Source: Candidatus Bathyarchaeota archaeon
GTDB lineage: Archaea > Thermoproteota > Bathyarchaeia > Bathyarchaeales > Bathyarchaeaceae
Assembly: GCA_030608565.1 (NCBI GenBank)
Contig: JAUWDY010000001.1
Span: 104,238-168,237, forward strand
Length of the DNA stretch: 64,000 nt
Direction of reading: 5' to 3'
Part shown: one piece after another, positions 37,814 to 46,515 of the stretch
How the letters are laid out: every line of letters starts with the position of its first letter
Position numbering within the stretch: the stretch's first letter is position 1
The notes under the pieces: generated by a model
Database searches by the model: none
Told to the model about the DNA's origin: nothing
The model's input: the letters and a program-made list of their open reading frames with translations, nothing else
Position numbers and translations under genes: made by a program

Positions 37814-37823
37814 ATGCATGCAT
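37814..37823. promoter_or_regulatory. ATGCATGCAT-type motif, copy 4
   Basis: Read directly (tgtATGCATGCATtc). Intergenic. Confidence 0.4.
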
Positions 37824-38229
37824 TCGAGACCGCCTTCGCTCGTAGTTGAGAGAGGGTATAACTAGCGCGGAATGAATGAAGCAGTTTATGTCGCGCGCTT
37901 GCGCGATTGCGAAGCCTCAAGCAACATCGCAAATTAACTCGGCATGGAACCAAATAAAAATGAAAGTTTACGAATCAGTCACACAAGACACAGATTGACC
38001 GTATTTCTTGTGGGTTGTCGATATCAGAGCATGTAGGAAACTGGGTCATAGAAAACACAGAGCCAATAGATCAAAGAGTGAAGAAAAGCAAAGGGCAACT
38101 AACAAGAATAACAATAAAAAATCTAAACAAAATCAAACTGGAAGAATGGCTAAACATGATAGGGATCACTAGTAAAACAGCGTTACTAAGTAGTTAGTGA
38201 TTTTTTACATTAAAGCCTTCTACAGAAGA

Positions 38230-39633
38230 TTACAGTAACATTTTTAGCTCATCGATGGCCTGCAAAGCTCGTTTTCCACGCTTGGTAATTTTGAAGTATT
38301 TTCTTCTCTCCCTTTTATAGGCAATCACCAACCCTCTTTCTGAGAGTTCGTTTAGGTGCTGATAGACAGCGGCTCGTGTCATTGTTTTTCCAAGTTTTTT
38401 CCATAGGTCATAGCCGTAAGTGTCTTTTCTGCTGAGAATGCGCAGAATCTTTTCTTTTGTGCTTAATTCTAGGCCGACTACAGCGGTTTTGCGTTTTTTC
38501 GTCAGGGCCTGTAGTACATCGGTTGCTTTCAAACCGCTTGCGGTTATGAGACATACAACGCTGTCTTTCTTGTTGATAGTACCTTGAGCAACCATTTTTT
38601 CGAGCGCGGCTATTGTAGCTGAGCTCGCTGGCTCTGCAAAGATTCCTTCAAGCCTTGCGATTTTTTGTTCAGCGGTGAAGATTTCGGAATCGCTGACTGA
38701 GACAGCGATACCTTTCGATTCTGTTAGCGCCTTCAGTGCCCATATTCCGTTAAACGGGTTGCGCACAAGGATTCCTAAGGCGTGTGTGGACGGCTTATGA
38801 ACAACAGTTGGTTTTGATTTGCTTTTCAGGTGTGCATTGACTATGGGTGCGCATCCGTGAGCTTGTACGCCGACCATCTTCGGTAGCGTTTCAATCCTCC
38901 CGAGCATTTGCAGTTCTTTGAAGCCCTTCCAAATGGAGTATATAATTCCACCGCTCCCCATAGAAACGACGAACCAGTCGGGTACTCCAAATTGTTCCGC
39001 AACTTCGTATGCTACAGTTTTCTGGGCTTCAATTACGAGGGGGTTCAATTCAGCCGTGGCTTGATACCAACCTGTCTCTGCCGCCAATGACTCTGCCCGT
39101 TCTATGGAGTCGTCAACAATTTCACCGTATTCGTCAAGGATAGCATCGTAGATCAGCATTTGAGCCAGCTTACCCATGTCAACCAGTTTGGGAACAATAA
39201 TGTGACACGTGAGTCCAGACTTTGCGCAGTAAGCAGCCGAAGAGGCTCCTAGGTTCCCGTTCGAAGCACAAACCATAGAATTATGCTTCAAATCTAAAGC
39301 GTTGGAAACCATTAACGCGGCGCATCTGTCTCTAAAGGAATTCGTGGGGTTTCGTGTTTCATCCTTAAGATACACTGCACTCAAACCAAGCTTTTTGCTA
39401 AGACGCGTAGCTTTATGTAGGGGGGTGCCACCTTCGCCCAGTGTCACGGTGTTTTTGACTTCTGGAAGAAGTCGTTTGTATTTCCAAAAAGAGAGGGCAC
39501 CATCGAGCTTGATTCCTCTTAACTGTTCGAAATCAAGAGCATACTCCAAGAGGCCTCCGCACTTTTCGCATTTATATCGTGGAGGATACGGCTTCAGAGT
39601 TGCTGAACACTGGGTGCATCGCAAAATCGTCAT
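38230..39633 (-). CDS. threonine synthase-like PLP enzyme with N-terminal zinc ribbon and C-terminal PadR-type winged HTH
   Basis: N-terminus CTQCSATL...CEKCGG. ThrC-like fold-type II PLP core (TNSFRDRCA). The last 70 aa or so, ILRILSRKDTYGYDLWKKLG...AVYQHLNELSERGLVIAYKRERRKYFKITKRGKRAL, match the PadR pattern. Confidence 0.75.
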   Translation of the reverse strand: MTILRCTQCSATLKPYPPRYKCEKCGGLLEYALDFEQLRGIKLDGALSFWKYKRLLPEVKNTVTLGEGGTPLHKATRLSKKLGLSAVYLKDETRNPTNSFRDRCAALMVSNALDLKHNSMVCASNGNLGASSAAYCAKSGLTCHIIVPKLVDMGKLAQMLIYDAILDEYGEIVDDSIERAESLAAETGWYQATAELNPLVIEAQKTVAYEVAEQFGVPDWFVVSMGSGGIIYSIWKGFKELQMLGRIETLPKMVGVQAHGCAPIVNAHLKSKSKPTVVHKPSTHALGILVRNPFNGIWALKALTESKGIAVSVSDSEIFTAEQKIARLEGIFAEPASSATIAALEKMVAQGTINKKDSVVCLITASGLKATDVLQALTKKRKTAVVGLELSTKEKILRILSRKDTYGYDLWKKLGKTMTRAAVYQHLNELSERGLVIAYKRERRKYFKITKRGKRALQAIDELKMLL

Positions 39634-39656
39634 AGTGAATAAACTCCATGAAATAG

Positions 39657-40049
39657 TTGTGTTCTCCTAACTTTTATCGATTGTTTAGTAAATGTTTAAG
39701 AGAATCCGAGACGAGTTATGAACAGAACATCGCTAGTGAAGAGCATCTGAGGGAAGATTTATTGAATATACGTGACTTGCAGCCCGGCATGAGCCGCGTA
39801 AGTATCAAAGTGAAGGTTGTAAGCGTTTCAGAACCCAAACATGTTACGTCGGGTAAGGGTGTTGAGCACGAAATCCTTGAGCTAGAGGTGGAAGATGAAA
39901 CCGGATCGATGGCGATGAATTTGTGGAACGAAAAGATAATTCCATTGAAAGTTGGAGACATCTTGCAAATTGAAAACGGCTTTGTGACATCATTCAAAGG
40001 AGTCCGGAGAATCAACGTCGGAAAATACGGTGAGGTAACGAAGGTTTAG
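39657..40049 (+). CDS. OB-fold nucleic-acid-binding (SSB/RPA-like) protein
   Basis: IRDLQPGMSRVSIKVKVVSV...GSMAMNLWNEK...GDILQIENGFV matches a single OB fold. The true start is probably the TTG at 39762. Confidence 0.6.
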   Translation: MCSPNFYRLFSKCLRESETSYEQNIASEEHLREDLLNIRDLQPGMSRVSIKVKVVSVSEPKHVTSGKGVEHEILELEVEDETGSMAMNLWNEKIIPLKVGDILQIENGFVTSFKGVRRINVGKYGEVTKV

Positions 40050-40162
40050 TCGAGTTAAGGGTTTTTGTAAGAGGACAAGACTTTCTTCTCATAACGGTTC
40101 CCAAAATGTCAGCGTAAATCTCGTATGTCGTCCTTTTACTCAACATACTTCTCAAAACTGAG

Positions 40163-41236
40163 TCATAACTCCGTTGGGACGCTGGATGAACTACCGGCCA
40201 ATGTTTTGATTCCAACCCACTGCGTTGCCACAAATCCTATGGAGAGTCGGAGCCATACGGTTAAAATTCTTGTTAGAATGGTTGCAGCGCCGCCAATACC
40301 GACAGGAACACCGAGCAACGCGTAAAGGCTGATCATAATGGGTTCTACAATGCCCACTTCTGCGGGGATTCCTGCGGGTATAGCTTGAATGGCGCAACTG
40401 ATGGAATACACGGTAACCACGGTAATTATTACGCTGAAACTGAACGGGTAGCCGAGAGAAAGAAAAACCAGCAAAGATATGAGCAAACTAAAGAACCAAG
40501 ATACTATCGAAAAAATCACTGGTGGAACCAAGCTCGTAGGATGCGCACCTAAGATATCTATTGCCTGATGAAAAGCTTTCAAGGCTCTCTGTACTTCAGA
40601 TGTCAAACTGGTTAACCGCCAGCGACCTCTAGAAACAAACGCAATCAGCCTCAGCAAAGAATCGGTTATTTTACGGGTCATGTGCTCTTTGAAACATAAA
40701 AGGAGCAGGAAAACCAGTGTAATCACGGTGCCAAACGATACGAGTAATATTAGGTTCAAGATAAACCCAGGGATTTCATGCCTCAAAACTAGGAACGAGA
40801 GAGAACCAACGATCAGACTTCCTAGGGTTACCACAGATGAGAGGATTCTATGACTTACAACGGACGCTGCAACTCTTCCAGTGTTTTCGTTTGTTTCTTT
40901 GGACATTAAATAAGCTTTAGAAACATCCCCGCTAACCGATTCCGCAGGAACTAGAATGTCAACGAAAGCTCCAACCCAAACCAAAAGAAAAGTCTTCTTG
41001 AAAGAAGTTTTCACCGAGAGAGGACGCAAAAAATAATGCCAAGTCAACGCGTAGAAGAGTATGTCTAATAAAAAAGCGGCTATCGCCAGCGAGTAATAGA
41101 AAGGATTGACGCTTTGAATAGTTGCTATTATCTCAGGTATGTCAACGAAGAAGTACAGGTAACAAACAAAAACCAATAGGCCGATGAGCAGAAAAGGAAT
41201 GGACTTTGCTATCACCGTGCGCCTTTCTAACACCAT
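40163..41236 (-). CDS. UPF0104 / flippase-like (LPG-synthase TM region) membrane protein
   Basis: 357 aa with about 8 TM segments. Pattern FYALTWHYFLRPL...VPAESVSGDVSKAYL. Confidence 0.65.
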   Translation of the reverse strand: MVLERRTVIAKSIPFLLIGLLVFVCYLYFFVDIPEIIATIQSVNPFYYSLAIAAFLLDILFYALTWHYFLRPLSVKTSFKKTFLLVWVGAFVDILVPAESVSGDVSKAYLMSKETNENTGRVAASVVSHRILSSVVTLGSLIVGSLSFLVLRHEIPGFILNLILLVSFGTVITLVFLLLLCFKEHMTRKITDSLLRLIAFVSRGRWRLTSLTSEVQRALKAFHQAIDILGAHPTSLVPPVIFSIVSWFFSLLISLLVFLSLGYPFSFSVIITVVTVYSISCAIQAIPAGIPAEVGIVEPIMISLYALLGVPVGIGGAATILTRILTVWLRLSIGFVATQWVGIKTLAGSSSSVPTEL

Positions 41237-41404
41237 TTACTGCTACACCCAACGCGCGAATAGAAGCAGATAACAGTTACTGCATATTATATTTTACTTG
41301 GCACGAAATCCTTCCACTACATATCGACAACATGGTTCATCTCGTCACATCAGACCTCGCCAAATCTAGATGTAACAACTTGCCAATGCGCCAATCATTC
41401 ATAT

Positions 41405-43051
41405 TCAAAATTCTGGTTTTGTATTTCCTAGCTTTCTGTCTAAACATGCCTTGACAAAGCCATAGTATTCTGGGTCCGGTTTGCCTGGACGGCTCTTGAA
41501 CTCGCCATGAAATTGTGAGGCTAAGAAGAAGAACTTGTCTGGCAGTTCCAGAATCTCTATTCTCCTGCCGTCTGGACTTTTGCCTGAGAATACCAGTCCA
41601 TGCTTTTGCAACACGTTCCAGTAGTCTCGGTTGACTTCCCATCTGTGGCGATGGCGCTCATAAATTTCTTCAGTCCCGTATAGTGTGTACGCCAGAGTAT
41701 TCTTTTTGACTATGATTTTATGTGCGCCTAACCGCATGGTTGCTCCCTTGTATTCGACGCCTCGCTGTTCAGGCATCAGATCGATTACTGGATTTGTGGT
41801 GTCTGGGTTAACTTCCGTGCTGTTGGCGTCTTCTAGTCCACATACGTTACGGGCAAACTCCACGACTGCCAGTTGAAAACCATAGCATATACCCAAAAAC
41901 GGTACGTTATTTTCACGCGCAAAACGGATTGCCCTCATTTTTCCTTCAGTTCCCCTGGGGCCAAAGCCATAGGGAATGAAGATTCCGTCGTAATTTTTGA
42001 GCAATTCTAATCTGCTTACATCTCTTTCGAGCCGTTCTGCCTTGATGTAGTCGATTGAAATTCGGGTTTGCCAGGCAGCTCCTCCATGTCGCAGTGCCTC
42101 GTTCATGCTTACGTAGCTGTCAGCCAAGCCTGCGTATTTGCCAACTAATCCTATTTTGACCTCGAAGCGTGGATTTTCAACAGAGTTCACGAATCGTTTC
42201 CACTCGCTCCATTTGGGTCTTTTTTGTGGTATACCCAACCGTTTACAGGCATATTTGCCCATGCCTTGCTTGTCCAAGATCAGTGGAACCTGGTAGATGG
42301 AGGGAACATTGTACGAGCAGAACACGGCGTTTTCTGGTATTGTGCCGAACAGCGCTATCTTTCGGAGGGCTTCGGAGTCAATCATTTTTCTGCATCGAGC
42401 TACGATAATGTCTGGTTGGATACCGATTCGGCGTAGTTCATTTACGCTGTGTTGGAGAGGTTTTGTCTTCATCTCGCCAGTGACGTCTAAAATGGGGATG
42501 AGGGCTATGTGAACGTATAGGGTGTTCTGGAATCCCTCTTCTAAGCGCATTTGACGAATTGCTTCGAGGAAGGGTAAGCCTTCTATGTCCCCGACTGTGC
42601 CTCCGCACTCGGTTAAAACGACATCAACTTTTGACCGTTTCGCGACCAAGCGGATTCGACGCTTAATTTCGTTCGTGATGTGGGGAACAATTTGGACGCA
42701 CTTTCCTAGGAAGTCGCCTCGACGTTCTTTGTTGATAACCGTCTGATATATCTGTCCGGTTGTGATGTTATTCACCTTTGGCAGGTTGAGGTCTAGAAAT
42801 CTCTCGTACCCGCCGAGGTCGAGGTCTGTTTCTCCTCCGTCGTCTGTCACATAGACCTCTCCGTGGATGTAGGGATTCATTGTACCTGCGTCTACGTTGA
42901 CGTAGGGGTCTATCTTTATCACTGTGACCTTGTAGCCTCTGGTTTGAAGCATTTTTCCGATAGATGAGGTTGTGATGCCCTTGCCTACGGAAGAGAGCAC
43001 GCCGCCCGTTACGAAGACAAACTTTGTCATCAAGGGGCCTCGCAATAACAC
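41405..43051 (-). CDS. pyrG: CTP synthase
   Basis: KFVFVTGGVLSSVGKG, and the glutamine amidotransferase domain with GICYGFQ. The likely start is Met8. Confidence 0.95.
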   Translation of the reverse strand: MLLRGPLMTKFVFVTGGVLSSVGKGITTSSIGKMLQTRGYKVTVIKIDPYVNVDAGTMNPYIHGEVYVTDDGGETDLDLGGYERFLDLNLPKVNNITTGQIYQTVINKERRGDFLGKCVQIVPHITNEIKRRIRLVAKRSKVDVVLTECGGTVGDIEGLPFLEAIRQMRLEEGFQNTLYVHIALIPILDVTGEMKTKPLQHSVNELRRIGIQPDIIVARCRKMIDSEALRKIALFGTIPENAVFCSYNVPSIYQVPLILDKQGMGKYACKRLGIPQKRPKWSEWKRFVNSVENPRFEVKIGLVGKYAGLADSYVSMNEALRHGGAAWQTRISIDYIKAERLERDVSRLELLKNYDGIFIPYGFGPRGTEGKMRAIRFARENNVPFLGICYGFQLAVVEFARNVCGLEDANSTEVNPDTTNPVIDLMPEQRGVEYKGATMRLGAHKIIVKKNTLAYTLYGTEEIYERHRHRWEVNRDYWNVLQKHGLVFSGKSPDGRRIEILELPDKFFFLASQFHGEFKSRPGKPDPEYYGFVKACLDRKLGNTKPEF

Positions 43052-43256
43052 ACCATAAGCTACGGTTCTGATTAAAATTCTTTTGTGTGTGTTTGTGGAA
43101 GGTAATCATTTTTTGTGAGTGGGCTGGGTGAAGGCTTAAGTCTATGATGTGAGATTTGAACTTCTAACCAGCTTGGGGATATCGCCTATAATCTCCTCTC
43201 AGCCGTGTATTCTATCCTAATCCTTTTAGCTATCCTAACCCCTTCCACTTTACTGA

Positions 43257-44264
43257 ATGAATATGCCGAGAATCATGCCACCGTGGGAAGTCGAAAGAAA
43301 ACTTATTGTGAAAGCTGAGGGGGAAACCAATCCAGATTACGGCTGTAGCCCAGACGAAAGACCTCTCGAAGACTACATCAAGTTTGGGGTAATAAACCTA
43401 GACAAGCCACCCGGGCCTTCAAGCCACGAAGTCACAGCTTGGACAAAACGTCTCATAAACATTCAACACGTTGGCCACGGTGGAACACTAGACCCTAAAG
43501 TAACCGGCATTCTCCCCATCGCCCTAGAAGAAGCCACAAAAATAATCCAAGCTCTCCTCGTCGCCGGAAAAGAATACATCTGCGTAACAAGACTTCACTC
43601 TGAAGTGCCAGAAGACCGAGTTAAAACCGTTCTAAACGAATTCGTAGGAGCAATCTATCAAAGGCCACCAATCCGATCCTCAGTCAAACGCCAGCTAAGA
43701 ACCCGCAAAATCTACTACCTAAACCTCCTCGAAATCAAAGATCGCAACATACTTTTCCAAGTAGGCTGCGAAGCAGGAACATACATACGTAAACTCAGCC
43801 ATGATATAGGCGAAGTCTTGGGCTGCGGAGCCCACATGCAAGAACTACGCAGAACAAGGTCTGGGGCACTCACTGAAGACCGTAGCCTAGTCACACTGCA
43901 CGACATATCATACTTCTACGCACAATACCAAGAAACCAAAGACGAAAAACACCTCCGCAGATTCATACAACCAATGGAGAAAACCTTGCGATTACTACCA
44001 AAAATCATCATACGCGACTCAGCCGTAGGTGCCATTTGCCACGGAGCCAACCTAGCAGCCCCAGGCGTCCTAGCACTGGAAACTAAGATATATCCAAACG
44101 ACGCAGTCGCCATGTTCACACAGAAAGGCGAAGCAGTAGCACTCGCAAAAGCGCTAGAATCCACAGAAAACATCTTAAAGAAAGACCATGGATTCGTCGC
44201 AAAAACACAACGGGTGTTAATGCCACGTGGCGTCTATCCAAAAAAATGGCAAACCCACAAATAG
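43257..44264 (+). CDS. cbf5: H/ACA RNP pseudouridine synthase Cbf5
   Basis: TruB catalytic motif HGGTLDPKVTG, plus a C-terminal PUA-like region. Confidence 0.9.
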   Translation: MNMPRIMPPWEVERKLIVKAEGETNPDYGCSPDERPLEDYIKFGVINLDKPPGPSSHEVTAWTKRLINIQHVGHGGTLDPKVTGILPIALEEATKIIQALLVAGKEYICVTRLHSEVPEDRVKTVLNEFVGAIYQRPPIRSSVKRQLRTRKIYYLNLLEIKDRNILFQVGCEAGTYIRKLSHDIGEVLGCGAHMQELRRTRSGALTEDRSLVTLHDISYFYAQYQETKDEKHLRRFIQPMEKTLRLLPKIIIRDSAVGAICHGANLAAPGVLALETKIYPNDAVAMFTQKGEAVALAKALESTENILKKDHGFVAKTQRVLMPRGVYPKKWQTHK

Positions 44265-44325
44265 CCCCATTGTTTTCAAAAAGCCTAAAAATAACAGTGA
44301 CCCCTTTTATCCTAGACTGAAAGAA

Positions 44326-44471
44326 GCCGGGGTGTCCTAGAGCAACGCGTCAAATGCGGGAAATCAGGTAGGGAGCAGATTCAACCTGAAAAGAAGCTCA
44401 CGCCTGGAGTTCGATTAGAAAGCCTGTGGTCCTTTTGGGCCGCGTGGGTTCGAATCCCACCCCCGGCGCCA
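44326..44471 (+). tRNA. tRNA gene (146 nt, CCA encoded) with about 70 nt of intervening sequence; isotype unresolved, class-II/Ser-like features
   Basis: Acceptor GCCGGGG/CCCCGGC, T arm GTGGG-TTCGAAT-CCCAC, G73 and CCA. A GGTCC-TTTT-GGGCC hairpin just 5' of the T arm resembles a long variable arm. No canonical anticodon arm or BHB could be built by hand. Confidence 0.7.
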
Positions 44472-44510
44472 AACTCCACGAACTACGTTTGAACCCTCGT
44501 TTTGAAATTT

Positions 44511-44531
44511 CATTAGTGGATTTCACTAATG
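44511..44531. terminator. perfect 8-bp hairpin CATTAGTG-GATTT-CACTAATG between convergent tRNA and CDS
   Basis: Read directly. Lies 40 nt after the tRNA 3' end and 33 nt after the stop of 44564..45208. Confidence 0.3.
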
Positions 44532-44563
44532 TGCGAAGACCCTTTCTTCTAAGGATCGCTTTA

Positions 44564-45208
44564 TCACGAAGTTGCGCCACCTATTTGCCAACCATTTTCT
44601 TCCCATGCCTTTCTCATCACGGGATTGCGCTTGAGATACTCATCAACAACTTCCTTGGGTACTCTGTTCAAAAGACAAGAAAAATTGACACATTTGGAAC
44701 ATGTGTATTTTTGCAAAGTCCAAAAAAACATTATCAAGCCCCATGCGGTAAGAAGAGACAAGATGATTTGCTCACCAAGAATTAGGAATAGAAAGGGATA
44801 ACCGCACATTAGAGTGAAACCGATTAGAAGCTGAATTTTCTCTGAATTACTAATAGGTTCGGGATGGTATTTCCAGAACTTAGGGCACCCATAATTGGCG
44901 ATACAGTGTAGCGTGAATCCTTTTTCAGCATAATAAGGGCAATGACTGCAAAGGATACGAATCTCCCAGAACCCAAAAAAGATTATCGCCAGCCCCACCC
45001 AACCCAAAAGATACCAACCATAGCCACCCAATATCATTCCAACAAAAGCTGGAATAGCAAAGGTCAAGAAAAGACCCATAAAACGAAGCAAATCTCCTGT
45101 TCTAAAGCGACATTTCAGGCGACCAGCAATGGTGCAATCTTTACACTCGGAAATTGGCCTACAAGTACATATATTGTAGGGGTTATTTGTTTGCTCTTGT
45201 TTTTTCAC
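44564..45208 (-). CDS. Cys-rich integral membrane protein, hypothetical
   Basis: 214 aa. N-terminal CTCRPISECKDCTIAGRLKC, 4-5 TM segments, further CxxC pairs (CSHCPYY, CSKCVNFSC). Confidence 0.5.
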   Translation of the reverse strand: MKKQEQTNNPYNICTCRPISECKDCTIAGRLKCRFRTGDLLRFMGLFLTFAIPAFVGMILGGYGWYLLGWVGLAIIFFGFWEIRILCSHCPYYAEKGFTLHCIANYGCPKFWKYHPEPISNSEKIQLLIGFTLMCGYPFLFLILGEQIILSLLTAWGLIMFFWTLQKYTCSKCVNFSCLLNRVPKEVVDEYLKRNPVMRKAWEENGWQIGGATS

Positions 45209-45295
45209 GATGAAACTTCCCGCGTGCGCAACGGAGGAAACTCTTCCACCCTACAGGCTTGCACTGACCGTAGAGGATTTACTCTGCCCCGATAC

Positions 45296-45305
45296 ATGCA
45301 TGCAT
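45296..45305. promoter_or_regulatory. ATGCATGCAT-type motif, copy 5
   Basis: Read directly (acATGCATGCATtt). Lies 88-97 nt upstream of the start at 45208. Confidence 0.4.
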
Positions 45306-45361
45306 TTCTCTATTGAGTAGGTCACTAATGTTTATCCCACGGACATTGCATATTTATGGAT

Positions 45362-45574
45362 TCATTTTTCAGGTCTAACGATTAAATATCCTTCATTAAT
45401 TAGCCAGTGATGAAATTGCCATGTTGTAAATTTACATTTTGTCCTGCAAATTTGCCTTACTTTTTCATATTCCTCAGAACCCGGCTTCTTAGAATTTAAC
45501 TCCAATTGTACTGGACATTTTACATCATTGCAGAATTCTCTCTTCCTATAATCGACATATCCTTGAATTGACAT
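45362..45574 (-). CDS. small Cys-containing protein (70 aa), hypothetical
   Basis: ORF track. Cys pattern CNDVKCP...CRTKC. Confidence 0.4.
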   Translation of the reverse strand: MSIQGYVDYRKREFCNDVKCPVQLELNSKKPGSEEYEKVRQICRTKCKFTTWQFHHWLINEGYLIVRPEK

Positions 45575-45705
45575 GGTTACAGAAAAAAGTCAACAAGATA
45601 ATAAGGTTTGTGCGCTCGCCAAAAAAATAGGTTGGTTTAAACTCTTCCAGAAGCACTTAAACCGAGTTCTAAACCTAGTATCCAGCGTCAAAAACAACAA
45701 TTGTG

Positions 45706-46389
45706 CTAGTCTTCAGTCTTGCTTGGTTTCGCATCTGGCTTGTAAAGCCGTTTCTCATAGGCTGATTTTGGCTTGAATTTACCCCGATACTGCCGCATAG
45801 ATGACCTTCTGCGCTCCACGTTGGCAAGCCGAGCTCGAGCCCTCGCTATCTTGGTCTTAGAAGGCTCTCGGAGTCTACGTGGTTTGGTTGGTCGAAAAGT
45901 TTTATCCATGAATGCGGAGGTGGCTTTCCTGCGTTTTCTACGAGTTTTCTTTTTGACCAATCCTTCTCTTCTGAAAGTAACCCTTTCATGTTCCAAATTG
46001 ACAGTGTGCACTTTCCATTTTACATCCAGCCACGCTTGAGCTTGAGGGCTACTCTGTGTGCTCCACCAGTGTCGATGATGCGTAGCTGAGAAGGGAAGGC
46101 TATCGTCGATTATCTCTTCAATCTTAGCGAAAGGCAATGTGACGTGATCAGCATACCGTGCTTTTCTCGCCAAATACCTACTGAGTGGACTGTACTTGCT
46201 TCCTCTTATCTTCGGTGAGACAAGCCTTCTGGCACAGTTCAAACAGATGAGGTTACCATCCCACGTATATGTGATGCAGTCTCTGCAGTACATTTTTTTA
46301 CAACGGTAACAACGCCTAAGGGAATAATGCGAAAATTTTCTCTCGCACAGCGAACAGTCTTCTTTCATTGCAGACTCCCTACGCTGCAT
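45706..46389 (-). CDS. zinc-finger protein with basic C-terminal tail, hypothetical
   Basis: CSLCERKF...CYRCKKMYCRDC...CLNCARR forms an interleaved zinc-binding pattern. The C-terminus is Arg/Lys rich. Confidence 0.5.
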   Translation of the reverse strand: MQRRESAMKEDCSLCERKFSHYSLRRCYRCKKMYCRDCITYTWDGNLICLNCARRLVSPKIRGSKYSPLSRYLARKARYADHVTLPFAKIEEIIDDSLPFSATHHRHWWSTQSSPQAQAWLDVKWKVHTVNLEHERVTFRREGLVKKKTRRKRRKATSAFMDKTFRPTKPRRLREPSKTKIARARARLANVERRRSSMRQYRGKFKPKSAYEKRLYKPDAKPSKTED

Positions 46390-46515
46390 TAGTTTCTTCT
46401 AGTTGTTCTTCTCGTGCAGCGAATTTAAACATGTTCTTTCAGCAAATTCAGCCGGCAAAAGCCTTTATGCGCACTTGCAGTACAAAAGCTAGTTTAAAGG
46501 AGTAGAATAAGTGGT

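Noticed and set aside
43140-43200. Similarity between 43150-43195 and the tRNA-like remnant at 12271-12330. Both have GATTTGAAC followed by GG(A/G)GATATC(C/G)CC.
   Set aside because: No T-stem or acceptor pairing can be formed at 43150-43195. The shared words are short and partly palindromic, so this is probably chance or very old debris.
44341-44443. Box C/D sRNA inside the tRNA intervening sequence, by analogy with tRNA-Trp introns. The same idea was considered for the 117-bp repeat and 31730-31860.
   Set aside because: No RUGAUGA C box was found. Isolated CUGA tetramers are not conserved between repeat copies.
44326-44471. tRNA-Sec hypothesis for the long tRNA. It has an ATTCAAC loop with UCA at 44379-85, a long variable arm and G73.
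   Set aside because: The acceptor is 7 bp, not 9; positions 8-9 (TG) cannot pair with AC. Only a 3-bp stem flanks the UCA loop, and no 6-bp anticodon stem or long D stem exists.
44398-44785. Track ORFs overlapping the tRNA gene and its downstream hairpin (60 aa minus strand, 119 aa plus strand).
   Set aside because: They overlap a structurally supported tRNA 3' half and the convergent membrane-protein gene. No protein features were seen.
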